Virus record (IMG/VR): IMGVR_UViG_3300027744_000008
Direction: 5' to 3' (one strand)
Length of the DNA: 64,000 bases
Source of the DNA: a virus
Lineage: Duplodnaviria; Heunggongvirae; Uroviricota; Caudoviricetes
Below, in pieces: positions 41,001 through 53,136 of this stretch. A program made the position numbers and the translations under genes. The stretch's first letter is position 1; each line of letters starts with the position of its first letter. The notes below the pieces were generated by a model. The model did no database searches, had not been told where the DNA came from, and was given only the letters and a program-made list of their open reading frames with translations.

Positions 41001-44000
41001 GAATAATTTTCTTGAGGAACATAAATTCCACTAACTGCTGTAGGAGATTTTGAATCTAACAGTATATTAAATCTTTCTTTTTCAGTAAATCCTCCAACAC
41101 GATAAGATAACTGCATCTTGCTATAGAGTAAATCATACTTGTACTGATCTAAAGATCGTTGATTGTCGTGTTGAATATAGTCAACAATGTAATTTACAAG
41201 TCCGGCAGTTTGCACTCTTTCAGTGTCGGTGTAGATGCTTGGAATAATAATATCTTCCAAACGAAGTCTTAACTGAGTGTCTTTATAAACTATTTGATTA
41301 GACACATCTCGATAAATTCTTGAACGATCAAACAATACACCCATAACTTTAGCAGGATATGTTAGTAAAAGAGTTGAAATTATACTAAAAGAATAATACG
41401 AACTTCTGCGCCACGCACTTTCTATTGGACTAACATCTCCAAATATAAAATCTTGTCCTGTTATTTCTGTAACAAGGCCGCTGGCTAGATTGTTGTCTGT
41501 AGGGCTAACAATATTCCCGTCTTGATCAACTGGCAAATAGTTAGTCAAATAAGGTTTAACGTATTTTGGATTTCGATACACTGGTTGTCCTGGAACCTTA
41601 ATTATACCTTCGCTAATATCTTGCCACATAACCTTGTTATCCGATGTATAAGGTGCTGGACCATATTGTTCAACCCACCAAGACGGCACAATACTAAATC
41701 CCAACATTTCCCACGGACATATATTGGGTCTATCAGTGTCATATATCCAACGATATATGCCTCTCCAATAACCTGGTAATTCTCTCCCATCTGGAGCAGA
41801 TAATCCTCTATAATTAAAAGTTAAAGGATTATACTGATCGTACGATAAAGGTTTTGAAAAATCTCTATTAATCAAGGTAGTCCATTGATAGAAAGAAGGT
41901 GCTAACACTTTATTAAATTCATCTAAAGAATAATCACCAACTTGACTATAACGTGGTATTAAATCATTAACATCAAAGATATCAGTATTATAATTTACTT
42001 TTATATTGTTAAAAATTCTTTTTTCTAATTCTAAAAGTAGATCATCTCTATAGTCTCCATAAGCCAAGACTATGCTACCGTCATGCCCCTGGATAACTTC
42101 TCTAGGTGTTAAAAGGCTAGTGTCTAAGTATTTTTTAGGCTCAAATTTTGGCCACATTCCTAACTTAGTAGGTGTAGCCGGAACATAACTGCCGTCTGTA
42201 CTTTCATATTCTACAATAGTGATTGTATCATCGTTGGCTACCACTGCGCTGTTAGTTAATACTATAAACCCATCAGAGTGAAATGTGTAGTCTATTCCAT
42301 ACAATAATTGATTACTATTGATATAAACTAGTACAGCTTTAGAAGATAAAGTATCTAAACTATATGTTTCAGTCAATGGATATGTTTTAGTTCTATAGTC
42401 AACTACTGTTATGTTTGTAGTAATAGCTGGTCCAGTTGGAATCATATCACTAAAATAATAAGACGATATCTTAGGTTTATTCTTATTAATTTCGGTTAAA
42501 ATTAAATCAACGAACGGAACGGTATCTGTATCAATTCCTAGATTTTCTGAGATGTTTATAAAATTACGTTTAAATGCACCGTAATCGTTTCTTGCTTGCT
42601 CCAAGGCTTTAAGAATATTATTTGTTTTATTAGTAATATGATAAAGAGCTAGAGGCAAAGCCCCTTCATGTTGTACAAATCTTGTACCATAAGGACTAAC
42701 ATTGCCTAAATCTCTTAGATTGCTTGCGCCAAGATATTCACCGTTAAAATTATCTAGATTATCTATAATCGAATCTACATGATCAATAACTTCACCTAAT
42801 GTAAACTCAACAGGGTTTTCATTCATTGGATTATTTTGAAGATTTATAGGAAGCTCGTAATATCCGTTTGAATTTTTTACTTGTGAGGAAAAAGTTTTTA
42901 ATGTTATAACATCGGTTGCTTGATAATCAATTCCGGCAGCCGTCATAATGTCTACATTAAAATAGACATACTTAAATCTAGTACCGTTTTTAATTTCCCA
43001 ATATTTTTGATCTAATCTTTTTCCATTAATATAAACCCTAACTTCAAGATCAGCAAGGGCAGTTATATTATCGTAAACATCTATATCAAAATTGTTTGTC
43101 TTATCAGGGTCTCTATAAATTCTTACCACTGGTTGATAACGGATAACACTGCTACGTTCCCAACCAGACACATATGATATGTCAGTTAAACTATTAAATT
43201 TCACTAGTTTTCCAACAGCAATGGATTGTGTTGTTACATCAATAACTCTTTTGTAAACAAACGTGTCGCTTAACAGGTTAAAATTAAAAACAATGTCGCC
43301 AATATTATTAATATTCTTGTAAGATAATGGAAATCCTAACTTACTGTCGTTAGTGCCAGTGCCTATTTTATAAGAAAAAAGTTTTGTTCCGATAAAACTG
43401 GTGCTGTCATATACAGTGATATCTCCATAACTATAACCATCCGCATCAACTACGTCAAACAACGGTGCTTGATTAACTCCGGTTTTTTGTTGCCCTTTAG
43501 TCCAAGTTGTGCCGTTATAATAATATGTCAATCCTTGATTATTAACACCAAATTTAACTATTATTGATTGATTTTCTATGGGTATAGCTTCTTCAACTAA
43601 ATGTATCTGACGTTGAAAAGATTCTCCCGGAGGAGTGACTCTAACAAAGTCTACCCTATAAATTTTATTTTTTACAAGTATGTCAGTGTCGGCTAAAAAT
43701 AGTACACGCTGTCCTTGAGTTAGATTAATACCATCAACAATATACCCAGTTTGCCCTTCAATATTTGAAAATACATCTGTAGTAAACGTATCTATGAGAT
43801 CAACGTCAATAGTAGCTTCTAATCCAAAATTATATAATTTTATACCAGCTTCAAACTCGATAATAGGACGAAGCGCCCTAGCATCTTGATCTAAACTTGC
43901 AATTTGTCCATTAACTGTATAACTTGTTTCGATTACACTTTTATGATACCATCGATTGTTACGTGCCCACGGGTTTCTATCTTTACTTCCTCGATTAATA

Positions 44001-45130
44001 ATAACATAGTCTTTAGATGAACTATAGGTTGTAGCAACATCAAATGAGTACTGATCAAAAGGACCATCATCGAATGGTACATCAAAACTATCTGTACTAC
44101 TAGTAATAAGTTCTAGATCGTTTTCAAGAATTAATTGTATTCTTGTACCAACACCTTCTACATAATACTGGCCAGTTTTATAATTTTCAGGAGTAACATT
44201 ACCTTTAAATTGCAATTTCATTCCATTGCTTAACTGAGTACCGTCAGATAATTTGAATGTTTTTTTACCTACTACTTCGTTCTCAACATCAATCGCAGTA
44301 TTTTCTTTAATGTCATATATTTTAAAAATCCCTCCTAGATTAGGATCGTTCTCACTAACATAATAAAGAACATTGGGGGCTTTTTCAGGAATTTTTATTG
44401 TGATCGTGCCGGACTCTACCGCGTATGTAGTATCATTCCCCCAATTGTATCGATCAACCACACCGGCAGTTCGATCAGTTTTGATGCTGAATGGCTCGCC
44501 TGGACTGTCAATTTCAAAGTGATATGTTTGGCCTCTATACAGTTTTAAAGGCGGATTTCTATCTAACCCGTTAGGAGTAAGAAGATATTCTTTATATCCG
44601 CCAGCGTCATCTATCTTTACTGTATAGGTGCTCTCAATTTTTTGTTGTAACCCATAGACATTAATGACCGGAGGTCCGTATGGTAGCCAGTAATATTGTT
44701 GGAAGTTAACAAATTTGTCCCAGTCCACATGAGGATTCCAAGAGTACAGCTCTTGGCGATTTAGACGTTCATGATTATCGATATTTGCGCCGAACACCCC
44801 TAGTTGATTTATATAATCAATATAGTCTTTATAAAATTCTACATTACCCAGTGTATCTGTTGACACTAGGCTTGGCTCTAGCTGATAATTTTTACGCTGT
44901 GTATTAACTGCTTCAACAAAAATATCGTTAGTAGTAGATGATTTAGCATTTCTTCTACCAATAAACCCTGTAACTTTTCTTACGGCGCCTGGCTGAGTAA
45001 GTTGGTCAAGAGTAGCTTGAACAAATTTTTTATTAGAATCAGTTCTATAATATCTTGGCAATAGTTCAGAATTTCTTCTTTTACTATTTTTTGAAATTGG
45101 AACTGGATTTTCAGATTGATCGTTGTTCAT
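29027..45130 (-). CDS. Giant (5367 aa) virion structural protein, probably a gp7-like baseplate wedge scaffold with adhesion modules
   Basis: Uninterrupted 16.1-kb ORF directly after the gp6-like gene; LLPRYY N-terminus and [10 protein letters not shown]; FG-GAP-like and CBM5/12-like repeats. Confidence 0.75.
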   Translation of the reverse strand: MNNDQSENPVPISKNSKRRNSELLPRYYRTDSNKKFVQATLDQLTQPGAVRKVTGFIGRRNAKSSTTNDIFVEAVNTQRKNYQLEPSLVSTDTLGNVEFYKDYIDYINQLGVFGANIDNHERLNRQELYSWNPHVDWDKFVNFQQYYWLPYGPPVINVYGLQQKIESTYTVKIDDAGGYKEYLLTPNGLDRNPPLKLYRGQTYHFEIDSPGEPFSIKTDRTAGVVDRYNWGNDTTYAVESGTITIKIPEKAPNVLYYVSENDPNLGGIFKIYDIKENTAIDVENEVVGKKTFKLSDGTQLSNGMKLQFKGNVTPENYKTGQYYVEGVGTRIQLILENDLELITSSTDSFDVPFDDGPFDQYSFDVATTYSSSKDYVIINRGSKDRNPWARNNRWYHKSVIETSYTVNGQIASLDQDARALRPIIEFEAGIKLYNFGLEATIDVDLIDTFTTDVFSNIEGQTGYIVDGINLTQGQRVLFLADTDILVKNKIYRVDFVRVTPPGESFQRQIHLVEEAIPIENQSIIVKFGVNNQGLTYYYNGTTWTKGQQKTGVNQAPLFDVVDADGYSYGDITVYDSTSFIGTKLFSYKIGTGTNDSKLGFPLSYKNINNIGDIVFNFNLLSDTFVYKRVIDVTTQSIAVGKLVKFNSLTDISYVSGWERSSVIRYQPVVRIYRDPDKTNNFDIDVYDNITALADLEVRVYINGKRLDQKYWEIKNGTRFKYVYFNVDIMTAAGIDYQATDVITLKTFSSQVKNSNGYYELPINLQNNPMNENPVEFTLGEVIDHVDSIIDNLDNFNGEYLGASNLRDLGNVSPYGTRFVQHEGALPLALYHITNKTNNILKALEQARNDYGAFKRNFINISENLGIDTDTVPFVDLILTEINKNKPKISSYYFSDMIPTGPAITTNITVVDYRTKTYPLTETYSLDTLSSKAVLVYINSNQLLYGIDYTFHSDGFIVLTNSAVVANDDTITIVEYESTDGSYVPATPTKLGMWPKFEPKKYLDTSLLTPREVIQGHDGSIVLAYGDYRDDLLLELEKRIFNNIKVNYNTDIFDVNDLIPRYSQVGDYSLDEFNKVLAPSFYQWTTLINRDFSKPLSYDQYNPLTFNYRGLSAPDGRELPGYWRGIYRWIYDTDRPNICPWEMLGFSIVPSWWVEQYGPAPYTSDNKVMWQDISEGIIKVPGQPVYRNPKYVKPYLTNYLPVDQDGNIVSPTDNNLASGLVTEITGQDFIFGDVSPIESAWRRSSYYSFSIISTLLLTYPAKVMGVLFDRSRIYRDVSNQIVYKDTQLRLRLEDIIIPSIYTDTERVQTAGLVNYIVDYIQHDNQRSLDQYKYDLLYSKMQLSYRVGGFTEKERFNILLDSKSPTAVSGIYVPQENYSVFLNSSSPIKKLVYSGVIITKLSTGFEVKGYSKSSPYFYYYGWTSPGYSINVGGISESFTEWAPNQLYSSGKIVKYGTTYYRASLTHTSNDTFNPLNYSSLPSLPINGGKTVLIRTAWDRTTPITAAYSTKFRTIQEVVDFLVGYGEYLKDQGFVFDEFNANIGEICNWVTSAKEFLFWTTQNWSSGVEKWEDWLPTDSYQAGEIVKFDGDYYKAEVAIDASDLFLENNWTKLDGLSTVGASVLALSPSANTIIINSKLSVIDDIKDQFNVYEFFKVDGTKLDEDFLNSYRDDNQSSYTTTGDGIYGATFYFVQKEHVILLDNSTLFNDTLYDPRTGYRQEKIKVLSYVSTGWNGGFNIPGFIYDQAVIKDWESWIAYNIGDTVKYKEFYYSATSKLIGTSDFVSEDWVKLSKKPTSRLLPNWSYKAEQFTDFYSLDSDNFDVGQQKIAQHLIGYQKRQYLENIIKDDISEYKFYQGMIIEKGTQNVLNKLFDVLSADNQESLTFFEEWAVRVGQYGAIDTFEQIEFELDESLFKNKPQAFELVNNIDSNLVDFVIRQTPNDVYLKPMSYNSNPWPINNNYSPYLRTPGYIRIDEVAANVDTLADLLTYDVTEFSPGDYVWTAFENPSVYWNIYRITDTESSVSLLEYTDTTLSITVDSVNYLEEGDYLGLTGITDVQGFYKIDSIVGDIINVTATIADFPTVIVYDDKIKVYYFDSQKIDNIDDINVEIPKKIKDNELLWVDNNGQGKWAVYEYDLVYSAASNIQNKDSANGLEFGKVLAIDPAASTLAVSTAKNSVVIYNRAGYSSSWTRNQNINLTFNYVSAYDPPNAFWHDTPLGSFGHSISISNDKNWLAIGSPESGNILSKDGENKAEYTIVRSSLSFDSDPNSNATGAAIADNLYVRVPQGGNVINYYQAVPHVTATVVSTVSGTNQITLTSTDGIHIGMPVVLNGTAFGNLVSSVGPYYVKTLVNEYKITISATADINDPDVEDSVGAALTLTTAQFDIEYQGIYQTNETYVLNNIVLYDHVLYKCTVNSSTEGDFILAEWTEYDVPSATLTATIGNLTTVATATTPQVSGIDKGYITVGTTNGMVVGMRLRFFGSSFGGIDPTTTYYIKSIYSATIITISETLGGNTFGIPTVPGGSYAMTDDTGKMTVVVNSEFSDAGHIPSHELITGYDNTEYKMHGNNCLKYVAKTSGLDNQGIVCLYKLNIANEYSLYRVILSPNVAADEKFGSTVKFADDNKLIVAAELNNAAGRLYEFNYTVENDILQWTAVGVSFGSSAAAADYFGNTVATSKDGSTIAVTAYGNGTGKIFVYSADDTLIDDISLATSADYSVTVSNDGTYIAVGNKTTSTNQGSVTIYKLVNDSYTVYQTITSRLPEGSEGYGAKVAFMNNDETLVISSANGDTIQNGSTVTDSGRIDVYDRYSTKWVFAESLTTTNVNNDDYGIELVAANNYIIASASNATDATYTTSGKIYSYNKVPNVYSWTATRTETDKIDLRKIKQIFLYNKKTQKLISYLDVIDPIQGKIAGIAEQEIKFKTYYDPAIYTVGTETLNIDDGQAWTTANVGTLWWNLTRAKFLDSYNGDSVYRNSTWNTLYETASIDIYEWVASSLLPDDWDAIADTEEGFTASISGTSLYGNSAYSIKRTYDNVSKSFRNTYYFWVKNKVLIPEVKGRKLSAKDVSNLIADPKGYGYKYVAFTGTNTFSLVNVENLLEHTDINLYVEYWVVDDYTINSHDQWKLISNSINTNIPTSIETKWIDSLCGKDANGRRVPDVELPPKLRYGIENRPRQSMFVNRFEALKQYFERVNATMLQHIIVEEKDITALDSYELEPNKILGQYDVVVDYDIELRTIGVTAVRYPSLTPIIIDGRITEIIINNPGSGYVYAPYLEISGTGIDAKIKTVLNVSGGISGVIVENSGEGYTDDTVLTLRPFSALVHFDSQALERWSIYSYDPDSLTWTRVKSQGYDVRKFWDYVDFYNNGYSQFTPANFSLNSIYELNQVTVEIGQLVKIKNVGTSGWLLLEKYATSTSSDYTRSYKVVGREKGTIQFLNTLYSFRNTGIGYDGPSYDGTGYDNSAETELRIILESIKNNILTDDLKQEYLNTFFACLRYVHYEQLYVDWAFKTSFIKAQHNVGELKETVTYNNDNLTDFESYISEVKPYRTKIREFVSSYSKTDVARSVVTDFDLPPIYENGRFTTVPATVIDNEIISDSAFINEYPWKNWTDNIGFQITEIIINDGGSGYISTPVVIIQSDSGSGATARAYLTNGKVARISLIKKGSGYLTVPSVSFEGGLDSNGVSASASARIGNSLVRSNYTRIKFDRITSQYYITELQEIESGDTDSAFVGTGSKTQFILRWSPSINLVDSEVLIDEVSALRNSYILSSKKTTTRGYTSYYGLLTFLTAPAKGSVIKITYLKDFNYLSAADRINWYYKPGTNEFGKQLGQLMRGVDYGGVQITGIGFNIAQGWGSTPWFSDGWDSQDPNFDDYIVTVGANSKQINTTAIRTYSYGNIIEVSSTTNIETGRLLEFTGNSIGGIATDSVYYCASVAPKSPVSIYSIKRVGTSKITSFRRLSLEGISVITTDIPHGLASSQIINIEGIDLPDFNQVGIEIYAVRNDYEFTYINPGDEVPLTVSTSPTVTVTLATSPVGPAEVVGTINDGATTNPGYVLTVTGVTSGTLSVGQLITGGSVLEGTYILSLGTGAGGLGTYTVNQQQAVTSQTINATAVATFSFAVLGVPLAQGYKFTVSGNDNEDYNGEFVATVRTLSTVCLAYPTNPGIFGSDPTIIEPSGFVSAAVPTVYVKTQSSHGLVTGNKINLNAGANYSEYTENGIIVTITDSDEFTYTSSGLSANTVILPAGTFTAIPSITVSSTINGALLTVSNDIDSMTVKNKTYPVDLPYVPEQAELINIYYRAVNNIRYVRIDDEQYVGQIIFTKPDVIMPTFEGDGVAKSIGIPNTLTVTSGDSFIFRRTNSDGSVRPQDMDYDTELAGGDLTYNTATGIAADDIIIDGDDLISQTNSEGPEEFIPGQVSDALAVKVYTRPTDGSAKMLVKNYIYDGARTVYNIGQTPNSPDAVIVKISSSDRILTSNDDYTVDYSNKTVVLNTDIIGITGGETISIISAGFNGSNLLDLDSFVADGLTSEFITKAPWSSTLTSLVYVNGEVLDYVLFKTSSSYESANVVGIRFGLNLDAGAILNYVITSSSEQSYSVMQNETFETDGISQSYQLVSKVGVSAPLASNILVLSDVGTIYLPPINEYFTIDTKVTYTIPKAKVQPYSVTVLRISAYIDGVELDKLTDYSINPAGVSVTLKKSVRVANVGKQLTVSVIYENSYSCDGTTILFDLTPDAGQTISVISFYKHDILDIKQTSRTVSSNISFDPASLEVFDYLSVYGKNIKLPRPVIDSSYVWLTKNGKILQPNIDYKLNLDLTSVYLDQQPATDDKFAIMTFSNNIVVDSFAFMQFKDILNRVHYKRLSEARQTKLAEDLNWNDMTITVARGSVLSNPNPAKRLPGIIEIFGERIEYYKREKNVLSQIRRGTLGTGIRTVYEAGTLVQDIGKTETIPYRDNTYIEQHTTLSTWKSSLNYTLGDIVSYNGYRYECLVAHTSANTFESIKWTKIGSDLEYSFKVTPTLDTSSVDLNNSWYRKTILVPTTAQDVEIDNYYVITKLGTSDFRTAGASANQVGVKFRAGIGNVTAGSFVVGNQYKIFKIGRTNWVDIGAASTTVVTGSITSNTLTVTDVTSGELAVGTYITGDDIVLGTYITAFNTGDGGEGTYTVNFGQTVVSTTITGQPEVGTIFTATGPGQANGTAQWIKGTTGTGTLDLVTYQSVPRTYGQSNDIEMFVGGYDVQGEWISSLSYNIGDIVVVGSYNYSCITAHTSSESFIDDIDNWEYFTGNIRLSKVPYKVHNVKNHYESPEGDVQFEAEFSVDGENSAVRLTNRLTEGTKITLVKRTGAVWADLGASLAHSNNPIAKFIRDK

Positions 45131-45141
45131 TTAATCTCCGC

Positions 45142-48100
45142 TTATGCGCTTGTAATATTTTGTTGTAGTAGTGCTGTAGGTGAAATTACAATACTTCCTG
45201 ATGATTTAATAGTGCTGGCTGTAATATTTGTAATAATTTCAATATCGTCAACTGATGCTCCGTTGATAAACAATTGATCAGATTCAGCAGATATTTCAAA
45301 TAAACTGCCAAACGTTAAATTATTCGACTTTGGTACTATGATAAAATTAGTAATCAATGGTGCAAGCCTGTTCATTACATAGGTTGACATTTCTGAAAAG
45401 TAGAACTTGTCTCCAAAGTCCCAATTTTCTAAAGCAAAAAATTCATTTACTGCCGACAACACATTGGCTTTAATTTCGTTATCGCTAGAAACCTGTGCTG
45501 AATTTTTTACTACTTTAAATGTTGCCTGTAGGTCCTGAGATGAATCTGGTCCAAATAGCACTTTGTATCTCACAGGATGATAGATAATTTCATCACTTAT
45601 TGATTTAATTAGATTTAGACTTGGAGCAAGTGTTTGATATAGACTATCGGAGCTAGGTGGCAACGGCTCATACTCTCTGCTACCAGAAATCCACTGCCTA
45701 AATTGTACATCGTATGATTTACTTAATACAAAAATATCAATAATGTTACTCATGCCTGGATCAATTCTTGATTCATAATCTGCACTGTGTACATATTGAA
45801 ATTTAATATTATCTCTGCCTACAAAGGCTTTGTAGTCCAATGATACAACTAACTGTGGTGTTTTTGTTCTATCAAGTTTCTTAACAACATTAGTATCAAT
45901 AAAATAAAAATATTGCCCATTAACAGCTGCCTCAACCGCAGCATTAGCACTTGATTCAGATCTCAAAATTATCACAGTTTCAGAACTATTATCTACATAT
46001 CTATAATCTTCTTGCCCTTCTTCAATTTTATATTTTTCTTGGACAATATATTTTGGTTGTAGTATTGTATCTGTAACTGACGGAGGCGCTACTAATGTTA
46101 GAAACAAATCTGGTCTATCAACAATTCCGTCATCGTTTGAATCAGCAAATACTATTTCAATTTTTTTAGTATCTTTATAACCGTCAAGTCCCTTAAAATC
46201 ATCGTTAATTTCCCAATTTAAATCTAAACTTAACGGCGTAGTGTTATCAGGATTAGTGTTTATATTTAAAATATTAATTTTATCTTTGACTATAAGATTT
46301 GTAGTGCTATCATAAACTTTATCAGTACTATCAAAGTAAAAACGAATCTGTGCCTTGCTTTCAAAAATATAACGTAATAATCTACTAGTTACTGTGTACT
46401 TCTCTGTGTCTGTAGTAAACAGTATCAACCAACTAGAATCTAAATTTTTATTAGAATCATCTCCCTGATTTCCTAGATTGAAATTAGATTTAGAATCTAA
46501 ATTAGTTTCAAAAATAATTTCCCACGAGGCAGTGTCAGCAGCATATCTCAATCCAAATGTTTTATTGGCAAAAATTAAATCAACCATTGTAAAAACTACT
46601 GTCGGATCTATAGTTGCACGCCATTTAGGGATAACTTGAGATAATTGGGCAGCAGAGCCGCCTGGTATTATTTGATTTAAAATCACTGGTCCAAGACCAG
46701 TAGAAGTTACAACACCGTTAGTTGCTTCAGCAGTGCCATCACCTACAACTGATACTACCGAAGCCCATATGGATGTAGAGCCGTTTAGAGGAATTCCAGC
46801 CGCTGGTATATCTGCTAGATCGTTGTTGTTATCTGTTTGAAAATATTTGTTAGCTGGGGCTATAAATTTAATGAGAGATCCGACTTGTATATATTTTAAA
46901 TTACTAGTAGTATAAGAACCTAATTTATACTTTGTTTGATCATCTTTAGATTCAAAATAACCTGTAGATTCATTAGTGTCTTTAGTTATTTGATGCCAAA
47001 CAATATTCAAATTATCATACGGCAATATTGAAAATTTCTCATAGTAAAAGTTTCTTAAATTTTTATTTTTAAGTGTATCAATAATTTTGTTGTATATAAA
47101 TCCCTCAATATCTGTTCTTGAACTATAGGTAAAGTTAATTGAGGTTGTATAATTTTGTTTATATATTACTCCATCATTTGCAAATAAGTTTGTAGAACTA
47201 TATTTGCCAGTGGGATCTTTTAAGTCAAAATATCTACTAATACCACTGCTTGATCTATTAACAGATTTAATTTTTACAACGTCTTGGTTAACAGACAAAG
47301 GACTAATATTATAATCTTCACCTGTAATCATTCTATTCTGAGTATAGTAAGTTGCAGGTGCATTGGCCTTAATATTTTCATTACTTTCCGTAGAAACTGA
47401 ATTATTAATAGTTGTTTGTAAATTTAAAGTAACAGTCAATGTTTCACGCTGACCTACATTAGATACATAAGGAATATCAACAGTGATCCCCTTCATATCT
47501 TTTGGATTAATTGTATAAGTCAATCCATTGCTAGTTCTGTAATAGGTTCTAAATGAACCCAATGGTAAGTTACCAAAAGTGCCGTCGCTGAATACTAGGC
47601 TAATTCTATCACCTGTACGACTAACCACTCCGTAAATATTTTTAATATTCTTCTTTAAACTGTTATAGATAACATTGTTACCTTCAAAACTAGGAACTTT
47701 TGCCCATTCTTCTGATTCTAAACCATTCTTATCTAATCGGTGTAGCCATACATCTGAGTCATTAATATTGATAGCATCAATATCAATTGATTCATTATTA
47801 TTAGGTTGTGTAATTGTAAACGTGCCTTGATTGAGAGTACCTTGACGGAAATGCAGGAAGAAACCAGAATTAGAACTTGCTGCTCCACGACCGTCATCTC
47901 TATACAAAAATGCTAGATGATTGCCTACCCTTGGGGTTTCTTCGTAGATATAATCTTGGCCGGCAAACGCTGTAGACACAAGTTCAAAACTCATTGTTCT
48001 ACCGTCGATTGCTTTGTTAAAAGCATAAACTGGCACATCGGTATTAATACCTTGAATACGATACTGTTCTGACAGAATGCCGTAGATAGTGGCTTTATCT

Positions 48101-48621
48101 TCTGGGCTACCGTATTGATTAGACTGTGATACTGCGGCGTTGATGATCTTAATAAACTGATCATACCAATTTGAATTAGCAGGGTCATTCCATACTACCA
48201 GCTGTCCAGCAATGTTACGACCGTTACTGTCTATAAGTGCTTGGGTAGTTCTTACGCTTCCAAACTTTAATAGACCGTTCGAAGGTTGATTACGTTTAGC
48301 ATTGTAACTTAGTAAACGTGCAAGTCGTAATACCGATTCACGACGCTCTGCTAGCTCTAAGAAGTTTTCACGGGCATTTAAATCAACACGGAAAGCTATG
48401 CTTTGGCCCAAGAATGCAATAAGGTCAATTAGGGCAAGGTATTCTGATGATTCGATATAATCGTTATAATCTTCTGGATAATTTTGACGAATGTAGGAGA
48501 TCATTGTCCTACGTAGATTCTCAAAGTCGTAGCTTTGGAAGTCGGCATTGCGGAAAGACTGGTATACTTTCTTCCAGTCTTCTGCCACTAATAATCTATT
48601 TTGTCTATCGGTTGATGACAT
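45142..48621 (-). CDS. Baseplate wedge subunit, T4 gp6-like
   Basis: DFENLR, ENFLELAERRESVLRLARLLSY and ESNENIKANAP..YYTQNRMITGEDY gp6/gpJ motifs. Confidence 0.8.
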   Translation of the reverse strand: MSSTDRQNRLLVAEDWKKVYQSFRNADFQSYDFENLRRTMISYIRQNYPEDYNDYIESSEYLALIDLIAFLGQSIAFRVDLNARENFLELAERRESVLRLARLLSYNAKRNQPSNGLLKFGSVRTTQALIDSNGRNIAGQLVVWNDPANSNWYDQFIKIINAAVSQSNQYGSPEDKATIYGILSEQYRIQGINTDVPVYAFNKAIDGRTMSFELVSTAFAGQDYIYEETPRVGNHLAFLYRDDGRGAASSNSGFFLHFRQGTLNQGTFTITQPNNNESIDIDAININDSDVWLHRLDKNGLESEEWAKVPSFEGNNVIYNSLKKNIKNIYGVVSRTGDRISLVFSDGTFGNLPLGSFRTYYRTSNGLTYTINPKDMKGITVDIPYVSNVGQRETLTVTLNLQTTINNSVSTESNENIKANAPATYYTQNRMITGEDYNISPLSVNQDVVKIKSVNRSSSGISRYFDLKDPTGKYSSTNLFANDGVIYKQNYTTSINFTYSSRTDIEGFIYNKIIDTLKNKNLRNFYYEKFSILPYDNLNIVWHQITKDTNESTGYFESKDDQTKYKLGSYTTSNLKYIQVGSLIKFIAPANKYFQTDNNNDLADIPAAGIPLNGSTSIWASVVSVVGDGTAEATNGVVTSTGLGPVILNQIIPGGSAAQLSQVIPKWRATIDPTVVFTMVDLIFANKTFGLRYAADTASWEIIFETNLDSKSNFNLGNQGDDSNKNLDSSWLILFTTDTEKYTVTSRLLRYIFESKAQIRFYFDSTDKVYDSTTNLIVKDKINILNINTNPDNTTPLSLDLNWEINDDFKGLDGYKDTKKIEIVFADSNDDGIVDRPDLFLTLVAPPSVTDTILQPKYIVQEKYKIEEGQEDYRYVDNSSETVIILRSESSANAAVEAAVNGQYFYFIDTNVVKKLDRTKTPQLVVSLDYKAFVGRDNIKFQYVHSADYESRIDPGMSNIIDIFVLSKSYDVQFRQWISGSREYEPLPPSSDSLYQTLAPSLNLIKSISDEIIYHPVRYKVLFGPDSSQDLQATFKVVKNSAQVSSDNEIKANVLSAVNEFFALENWDFGDKFYFSEMSTYVMNRLAPLITNFIIVPKSNNLTFGSLFEISAESDQLFINGASVDDIEIITNITASTIKSSGSIVISPTALLQQNITSA

Positions 48622-48639
48622 AGTTGTTCCTGTTTTTAA

Positions 48640-48647
48640 TATTTATC
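48640..48647 (-). promoter_or_regulatory. Late promoter motif GATAAATA
   Basis: Upstream of the AGGA SD and ATG 48621. Confidence 0.6.
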
Positions 48648-48668
48648 GGATTTAAATAACTGCGTATT

Positions 48669-49115
48669 TTACTCTGCTAATAACCCGTTTCTTTGATCAA
48701 ACGATAATCTCATACTTTGACTAATATTGTAGGGCAAATAGGTCAATACACACTCTATCTGTATGCCGCTTTCATAGGCAGTTACAATAACTTGATCGGC
48801 TTTGATGCGGGGATCATAATTAATGATGTCAGTTACATTTTTTGTGATTATTTGTTTAAGTCCTTCAGTCAACGGTTCAAATAATGAATCCCATATCACT
48901 GTTCCAAATGTGGGATTCATTAATCGCTCACCCTGGCGTATATGAAAGTGATTAAGCAAATCTTGTTTGATCAGCTCGAGATCAAACAGAGAAGAATTTT
49001 CACTGGCATTACTGACTGTGCTGAATCCTTTGTAGGTCTGTGTGCCTGGAACTTCTGTGGATTGATACGGCGGGACCAACACAATTTTTTCATATAAGTT
49101 AGCATTAGTAGTCAT
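48669..49115 (-). CDS. Baseplate wedge subunit, T4 gp25-like
   Basis: LIKQDLLNHF..RQGERLMNPTFG...LFEP...YDPRI motif. Confidence 0.85.
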   Translation of the reverse strand: MTTNANLYEKIVLVPPYQSTEVPGTQTYKGFSTVSNASENSSLFDLELIKQDLLNHFHIRQGERLMNPTFGTVIWDSLFEPLTEGLKQIITKNVTDIINYDPRIKADQVIVTAYESGIQIECVLTYLPYNISQSMRLSFDQRNGLLAE

Positions 49116-49117
49116 AA

Positions 49118-50674
49118 TTATCTTCCTTGTCGGTTACCAAATGGGGTTGCATTTCCAGGTGGAGGGTTAGTATCTGGTGGTCTAATTTTTTCAAACGTGT
49201 CAGTTGTAGTGGAGTATTTTTTCCATGCTGTTGGAGTTTCGATAGCCGCGGCATTTTCTCTACTAGTTTTTTCTGCTGTAAATTTAACAGGATCTAGATT
49301 TTCATGATGTGGCCAAGGCTCGTGCGTTGGAATACGTTTCATTATACTAGTATAATTTTGAACATTTGTCTCGTCTGGCAGTTTAAAAGTCGTCATTACT
49401 GTTAGGGTCGCTGCGGTAGCAGCGGTTGGGCCATTCATGTGAACTTGGCTAGCAGTTTCCACATGGTTCCCACCGCTCTTAATATTAGTTGCTCCGCTGG
49501 CAGTAAATTTATTTGCTCCGGTTGTATTGAGATCAAATCCTGCTTTGCAGGTAATTTTTCCATTGGCTCCAACATAAATTTCCGTGTTGGCAGCAGACTC
49601 TGTACAAATTTTTGCACCTGATTTAATATTAATATTTCTGCTGGCTTCTAAATTGATATCTCTATCTGCTCTAAAATTAATATCTTGTTTAGTATGCACA
49701 CTAATACTATCCTCAGCATAGATGTCAATTTTTCCATTACTAGATAATTCTATCCAACTAGTCCCACGAGCGTTACCAATATAAATTAAGTCTTCACTGT
49801 TATGCATCAGTATTTGATGGCCTGTGCGAGTACGAATTCTTAATAACTCGTTGTGGGGAATGTCAGGTTGACCATTAGTTTCACCGTTGGCCACTGTAGC
49901 ATATTCAGGAGGCGCTTCACTTGCAGACTTTTTACGGAGAAATTTATCATCGCCGTCGTCCATGACAAATGTAGTTCCCCCAAGTCTACTAATAAATTTA
50001 TTAACTTGGTTATCTAATTTTCCAACCCGTCCTTTAGGAGCTCCGGATCTTTTATCAACAGGTCCAGGTGTGCTAATGCCAAACACTGAGCTAGGAGTTT
50101 CTCTACGGGCGCTGCTAGTTGTAAGGCCGCGTATGTCATCGTTGATCAACCCCTGCGTTACTAGTCTATCTGTCAGCGGATGTTGAGGTTTTTTAATTTT
50201 AGTTGAATCTAATTCAGCAGCGCCTGCTAATTTTTTATTATATTCTGCTACTGGAGACCTAGCATAGTTGCCTTCAACATTGTATTTTGTTGCAGCAACT
50301 CCGGGTACCATAAAGTTTTGATCATTATCAGCAACGCATCCTATCCAAAAACCACGTTTAGGATCACCGTCAATAAAGATCACCATGACTGTAGATCCTA
50401 CATCTGGCGGAACAAACCACATGCCATAAGATTTCTGTGTTCCGTTATAATCATTATTTTGAGTTATAAAATCAACACTGGTTTGTCCAGCGAACGGACT
50501 CATGTATTTTACTTGAACAAGATTTCCTTCGGCGCCGCCTTCGTTACCAACGGGTCTTAAAATTTCAACTTGTAGGCCACCCATATAATTTGGATCAAGA
50601 TGGCTAATCACCTTGGCAAGGAACGGTCCGGGTTGTGGTGTAGGCTGCTGTGATGATCTAATTTCTTCTGCCAT
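49118..50674 (-). CDS. Baseplate hub/central spike, gp5/VgrG OB-fold type
   Basis: DP.YMGGLQV, YGMWFVPPDVGSTVMVIF..GD...FWIGC, RTRTGHQILM and C-terminal beta-helix repeats. Confidence 0.8.
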   Translation of the reverse strand: MAEEIRSSQQPTPQPGPFLAKVISHLDPNYMGGLQVEILRPVGNEGGAEGNLVQVKYMSPFAGQTSVDFITQNNDYNGTQKSYGMWFVPPDVGSTVMVIFIDGDPKRGFWIGCVADNDQNFMVPGVAATKYNVEGNYARSPVAEYNKKLAGAAELDSTKIKKPQHPLTDRLVTQGLINDDIRGLTTSSARRETPSSVFGISTPGPVDKRSGAPKGRVGKLDNQVNKFISRLGGTTFVMDDGDDKFLRKKSASEAPPEYATVANGETNGQPDIPHNELLRIRTRTGHQILMHNSEDLIYIGNARGTSWIELSSNGKIDIYAEDSISVHTKQDINFRADRDINLEASRNINIKSGAKICTESAANTEIYVGANGKITCKAGFDLNTTGANKFTASGATNIKSGGNHVETASQVHMNGPTAATAATLTVMTTFKLPDETNVQNYTSIMKRIPTHEPWPHHENLDPVKFTAEKTSRENAAAIETPTAWKKYSTTTDTFEKIRPPDTNPPPGNATPFGNRQGR

Positions 50675-53133
50675 TATGCACCGCCTCTTGTTCCACGATC
50701 GCCGCCTGCAACACCTTGAGTAGCTCTATTTGTACTATTATTATTTCCAGTTATTGCACCCAATATGCTGGCATTGATTGTGTTGACTGCTTGTTGTCCT
50801 TCATTAGGCGGAACTGACGTAGAATTAGTATTCTCAGGATCAGCTTGTACTTCAACTCCCGGAAACTTAGTTGCATAATCGGACTTATTCTTTTCAGCAG
50901 CTTCTTGCATGCCTCTTCTATTAAGATGCAGAACCTGTGTGAATTGTCCACGACTAAAAGTATGCGTAACAGTCATAATTTTAAACAATCCAGAATAATT
51001 TAATAATATTTTTGAATCTCCAAAATCATACATACCAGTGCTTTGATTAATATCTATTGGGGTTCTAAAATTAACCACTATATCAACTTCTCCAGTTTGA
51101 TAACTTACCGACCCAGTGTCATTCATATTTGTTAGACCAGTAGTAGTAGGAGCAGAATAATTTCCTAATCCACTGTCACCAATATAATATGGATCTCCGA
51201 TTATTTTTAAATCAACAGTTAACATATCAGCACCTTCAGTAACTGCTTCATAAAACTGTCTTGCTACTCGAGTTTCAACTGTTTCAGCGCCGCCACCGCC
51301 ATGTCTATCCGAGCTAGTCATAGTGCCAACCGGTAATGTTTTAGTTCCAACAGATCCTATTACAGGATTTTTTTGTCCATCTAAGGGCGGAGTTTCAACA
51401 TTATTGCCATCTACATTACTATTACTGGCCTGTGATTTAACGTCTTGGGATTGACTGTTATTTCCAGCTGTAAATTTTGTATAGAAACCAGCTTTTATAT
51501 CAATACTAAAATCTATAACGTCTAAATTTTTACCAGTATAAATATAATTGTATTCTTTAATTGCTTGTTTTTTTAAATTATCAAAACCAGGTGCTGGTGT
51601 ATTTGCTGGCATGAACTTTCCGGAATGCACACGATAGGGCACAACCCTATAGACTATCAGTCTCGGCTTAGTACCAGTCTTAGCATAGTTTTGTTCGTTG
51701 GGTATTTGATAAAATTCAGTGTCAATGCGCCACCAAGGTATCATACCATTTTCATCAATCTGTTCTTTTTTCAATGCTTGTCTAGCATAATCACTTTGTA
51801 TAATAACTTGGTTAATTGCATTGACTACATCACTACTCTGTTTAAACTGTAGATTGCCCACACTAACATCAGGAGATGAAGGAATCCAAGTGTCAGTTTT
51901 TTCATCGTATGATTGTCCTTCTTTAGCATAAGGAGTATCACCTTTTTTCACTGTGCTGTATCCCATGCTTGACAAACCAATGGCGTTACAGTTAGTAGAT
52001 TCTTGCACTAAATTAGTAACTGATCCAATATTTGTTTCAACAACTCCTAACTTTTGGAACAATGTATTTTCGTTTGCGCTTGTACTAGGATTGGCTGTAG
52101 CAGTTGATGAGTTTTCTTTCTGATTCGATCCGGAATTAGAAGTTGATGATGAACTAGCAATATCTGTTGGAAACAAAATAACTATTTGATCTGCTACATT
52201 TACTGCGCCGTCTTTTACCTGCAGTCTTTGATAGTCGTTTAATACTTTTTGAAGTCCGTTTTCACCTGTTTGTAAAACTTCTTGGACTGTTTTTCCTTTA
52301 ATGCCAACATCAGATTTAAGTTTAGTATATCTATCCGAGTGTGCTCCATCGTTCCATGCTATGGCACTAATTTTATAAGTAGAACCTTTACCAGTTACAT
52401 GCATTTCAATAGTCTGTAATTTAATGGGAATATATTTTTTTAATTGAGGTAAATCTATTACTTCATTTTGTTCCGTAAATCCTTTAAATTCAATAACAAA
52501 TAAAAAGGGAGTTTCTACATATCCATTATGGCCTGCACGTTGAGAAGCAACTGCTATTGATTGCATAAACATTCCCATTGAATAAGGCTCGGTTATTTCA
52601 AAATCCATAGTAGTGGCGCTGGTATTCTGCGTGGTCTTATCCCACCCCATGATACTATTCATGGTAAAATTATCAATAAAAAAATCAAACTGACCGTATT
52701 CTGTTTGCACTCGGTTAAAGGGATCACCATTTCCACTTTTACAAATGATAGTCTTGGGACCTGTGGCTCTATAGGTAGTATCAGGAAAATTTATTTCTTC
52801 ATCACTGAGCGCTGCCAGTGTAAAAATGTAATTGTAGCTGGCAAAAATACCCAGTACATTTGGATATGGAGGATTAGTATCCAGTGATGTTGTAGCTGCT
52901 CGCATTGACGGTGCTTTTAACAAACTACTAATGTCAACATTAAAGGCGCCCAGCGGATCTTTTACTAGATTAGAAACTTGTCCTACTACTTTATTTGCTG
53001 CCACTTGCAGTTGGCCAAGTGACTGAGGTAAATTTGCAGATAATTCTTTAGCTAACCCTGTGTTACTAAGTTTGTTTATAGCTGTTGTAACTGCATTAGT
53101 AGCAGTTTCTTTTATATCAAAACCATATGCCAT
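50674..53133 (-). CDS. Baseplate hub / tail protein (gp27-like)
   Basis: 819 aa between gp53- and gp5-like genes; IIGDPY and YSGLFKIMTVTHTFSRGQFTQVL C-terminus typical of hub proteins. Confidence 0.6.
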   Translation of the reverse strand: MAYGFDIKETATNAVTTAINKLSNTGLAKELSANLPQSLGQLQVAANKVVGQVSNLVKDPLGAFNVDISSLLKAPSMRAATTSLDTNPPYPNVLGIFASYNYIFTLAALSDEEINFPDTTYRATGPKTIICKSGNGDPFNRVQTEYGQFDFFIDNFTMNSIMGWDKTTQNTSATTMDFEITEPYSMGMFMQSIAVASQRAGHNGYVETPFLFVIEFKGFTEQNEVIDLPQLKKYIPIKLQTIEMHVTGKGSTYKISAIAWNDGAHSDRYTKLKSDVGIKGKTVQEVLQTGENGLQKVLNDYQRLQVKDGAVNVADQIVILFPTDIASSSSTSNSGSNQKENSSTATANPSTSANENTLFQKLGVVETNIGSVTNLVQESTNCNAIGLSSMGYSTVKKGDTPYAKEGQSYDEKTDTWIPSSPDVSVGNLQFKQSSDVVNAINQVIIQSDYARQALKKEQIDENGMIPWWRIDTEFYQIPNEQNYAKTGTKPRLIVYRVVPYRVHSGKFMPANTPAPGFDNLKKQAIKEYNYIYTGKNLDVIDFSIDIKAGFYTKFTAGNNSQSQDVKSQASNSNVDGNNVETPPLDGQKNPVIGSVGTKTLPVGTMTSSDRHGGGGAETVETRVARQFYEAVTEGADMLTVDLKIIGDPYYIGDSGLGNYSAPTTTGLTNMNDTGSVSYQTGEVDIVVNFRTPIDINQSTGMYDFGDSKILLNYSGLFKIMTVTHTFSRGQFTQVLHLNRRGMQEAAEKNKSDYATKFPGVEVQADPENTNSTSVPPNEGQQAVNTINASILGAITGNNNSTNRATQGVAGGDRGTRGGA

Positions 53134-53136
53134 ATA

